From the IMG/VR virus record IMGVR_UViG_3300016675_000235, positions 1 through 44,202 of that record: a stretch of DNA of 44,202 bases. One strand, 5' to 3'. The notes under the pieces are model-generated. The model was not told the origin of the DNA. It saw only the letters and a list, made by a program, of their open reading frames with translations, and did not search any database. Of the stretch, positions 43,901 through 44,202 are shown in pieces (positions within the stretch are counted from its first letter, which is position 1; every line of letters begins with the position of its first letter). A program made the translations under genes and the position numbers. This stretch comes from a virus. Taxonomy: Duplodnaviria; Caudoviricetes.

Positions 43901-44202
43901 TAGTTTTTGGCGTTGATTGCGGAGAAATCGGCGTTCTTGGCCGCCAATTTCATAAAGCGGATGTCTGGGTTCTGCGGATCGAAGGTACCGACGTTTCCGG
44001 TAGCGGACTTGATTTGGGTGGGGGAGAAGGCAATGTATTGCGTTTCAAGTCCCGGAAGGTCTTTGATATTTTTGATAATCATTCCATCAAATCCCTCTTT
44101 TTTAGCATTTTCAATATTCCTGTTTAATACTTCTTCCCTGTAAAATCTGTTTTGAAAATCAATGATTTTTGGATTACTAATTGATAGATAAACAGGCATT
44201 AT
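40996..44202 (-). CDS. C-terminal part of large polyvalent/ejection protein (ART-PolyVal tail plus LPD38); 5' end outside window
   Basis: PVYLSISNP..EGFDGMII..YIAFSPTQIKSATGNVGTFD..NPDIRF, then LTVNFNRKG, YIFFNASVQG, IKVPLPYG, NRNFAGRRI. Confidence 0.8.
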   Translation of the reverse strand: MMPVYLSISNPKIIDFQNRFYREEVLNRNIENAKKEGFDGMIIKNIKDLPGLETQYIAFSPTQIKSATGNVGTFDPQNPDIRFMKLAAKNADFSAINAKNYEEGKLSWFDLKVTERLQDRMIRSKRLIESKTKDVSDKADFYTKENLASGKTLEKARVFKKDLWNPLRETAKKIVKQSGLTSSDISDYLKFKHHDERKKYFFEKEGLDEAGKQRWMQAKIVAYGIDPALQAKYTLAEYEARIQKQWARKIANLDPKWPTGMTDQEAADGVSNFESAVSPELVAELQKRVQKINLFTTVERFKSGMITKETYKDLLTRYKNYVPLTDWKGMEQTNDRVYTLLMSAKGRSSEAANPMPFMFTAAQEAIMRGENNRVRQSVLQFVKENVSPGDYFIRQAYYVNTNSKDEFGNDIWLETMNKPTDKQLKSGEAMRSFDPEVHRSVQQQGETANVLSVMVKGKKVFIEFKDSKIPMAVKNLDQDKVPRFLQIFRNYTKWLSSMFTQYSPEFGLRNLIRDVGFGTFNILLEQDAEIWKSTMKKMPRSVVTLRKFFATDEYPTGNDGNLLREFMEEGAMTGFTDLKTAAEIFEEIKKTIDKANRNNAWAKGGNIALMPIRALGHGIEVTNKILENSMRFSYYKTLREQGISKQKAAIMAKDLTVNFNRKGRHSAFLGSFYIFFNASVQGSERLIRSFSNPKTRRKAMGYAGVVFAAGMMQSVLYGLFDEEDEDGKTFYEKIPDYTRRNNIIIPNLTTDDPGDYIKVPLPYGLNIFYSMGESLGRVMTGKGTAGEEALGIASAATNVFSPLGGIEFGKDDSDGFYDLFSIVSPSVSQPAVDLAFNRNFAGRRIYREQSEFAKYQLPSSQMYFEGVNPYIREATTFLNNITGGDEVTPGVIDWNPEFIEHGINQYLGGPAQFTQNLATTMTEVLSGNDISDDPYIRRVPFVRSFVGKSGTDFEATQNFYEYRDNALAAKGAYEAKIEAGQDEKAEEYYRENQALIDLAEEYKAYDKAVRNYNQTIATLKKESKELYKDDIDKLYEERTQLMREFNRRYGEVMFKKRGNPLKSILQIN

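Noticed and set aside
1-44202. Integrase, reverse transcriptase/DGR, CRISPR array, stop-codon recoding
   Set aside because: No such motifs or arrays seen; genes are full length in the standard code. Lifestyle (temperate or lytic) cannot be determined from this window.

Overview
The window is a 44 kb slice of a tailed dsDNA phage genome, probably short-tailed (P22-like portal, nozzle and ring proteins, a large LPD38-type ejection protein, no tape measure seen). The host is probably Bacteroidota, judged from TTG/TTTG-N19-21-TAnnTTTG promoters, DUF4494 and a PL1 pectate lyase. Modules, left to right: terminase small subunit; a short + strand early operon ending in an XRE regulator; a long - strand replication/recombination/accessory block (Rad50-like ATPase, RecT, MBL hydrolase, initiator with iterons, YopX, HNHs, a mini-kinase, a UDG-like protein); an RNA island at 15.25-15.7 kb; lysis genes; tail and head genes; a methylase/nuclease block with a second RNA island at 36.15-36.5 kb, wedged between scaffold and portal; then portal and the end of a large polyvalent protein. 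Three non-coding findings stand out. (1) A ~72-nt sRNA with its own promoter and terminator whose apical loop (UGUCCUGUU) is antisense to an AACAGGACAA motif found at the start codons of six phage genes and in one 5' leader, which suggests an RNA-controlled phage regulon. (2) A very compact, circularly permuted (two-piece) tmRNA with tag (A)GKTVLISRPVARVAA, preceded by an aberrant tRNA-like element. (3) A ~235-nt multi-stem RNA behind tRNA-Met with two loops carrying the same palindrome UAGCUA. All protein calls come from motif recognition by eye and all RNA folds are by hand; no database search or folding program was run.
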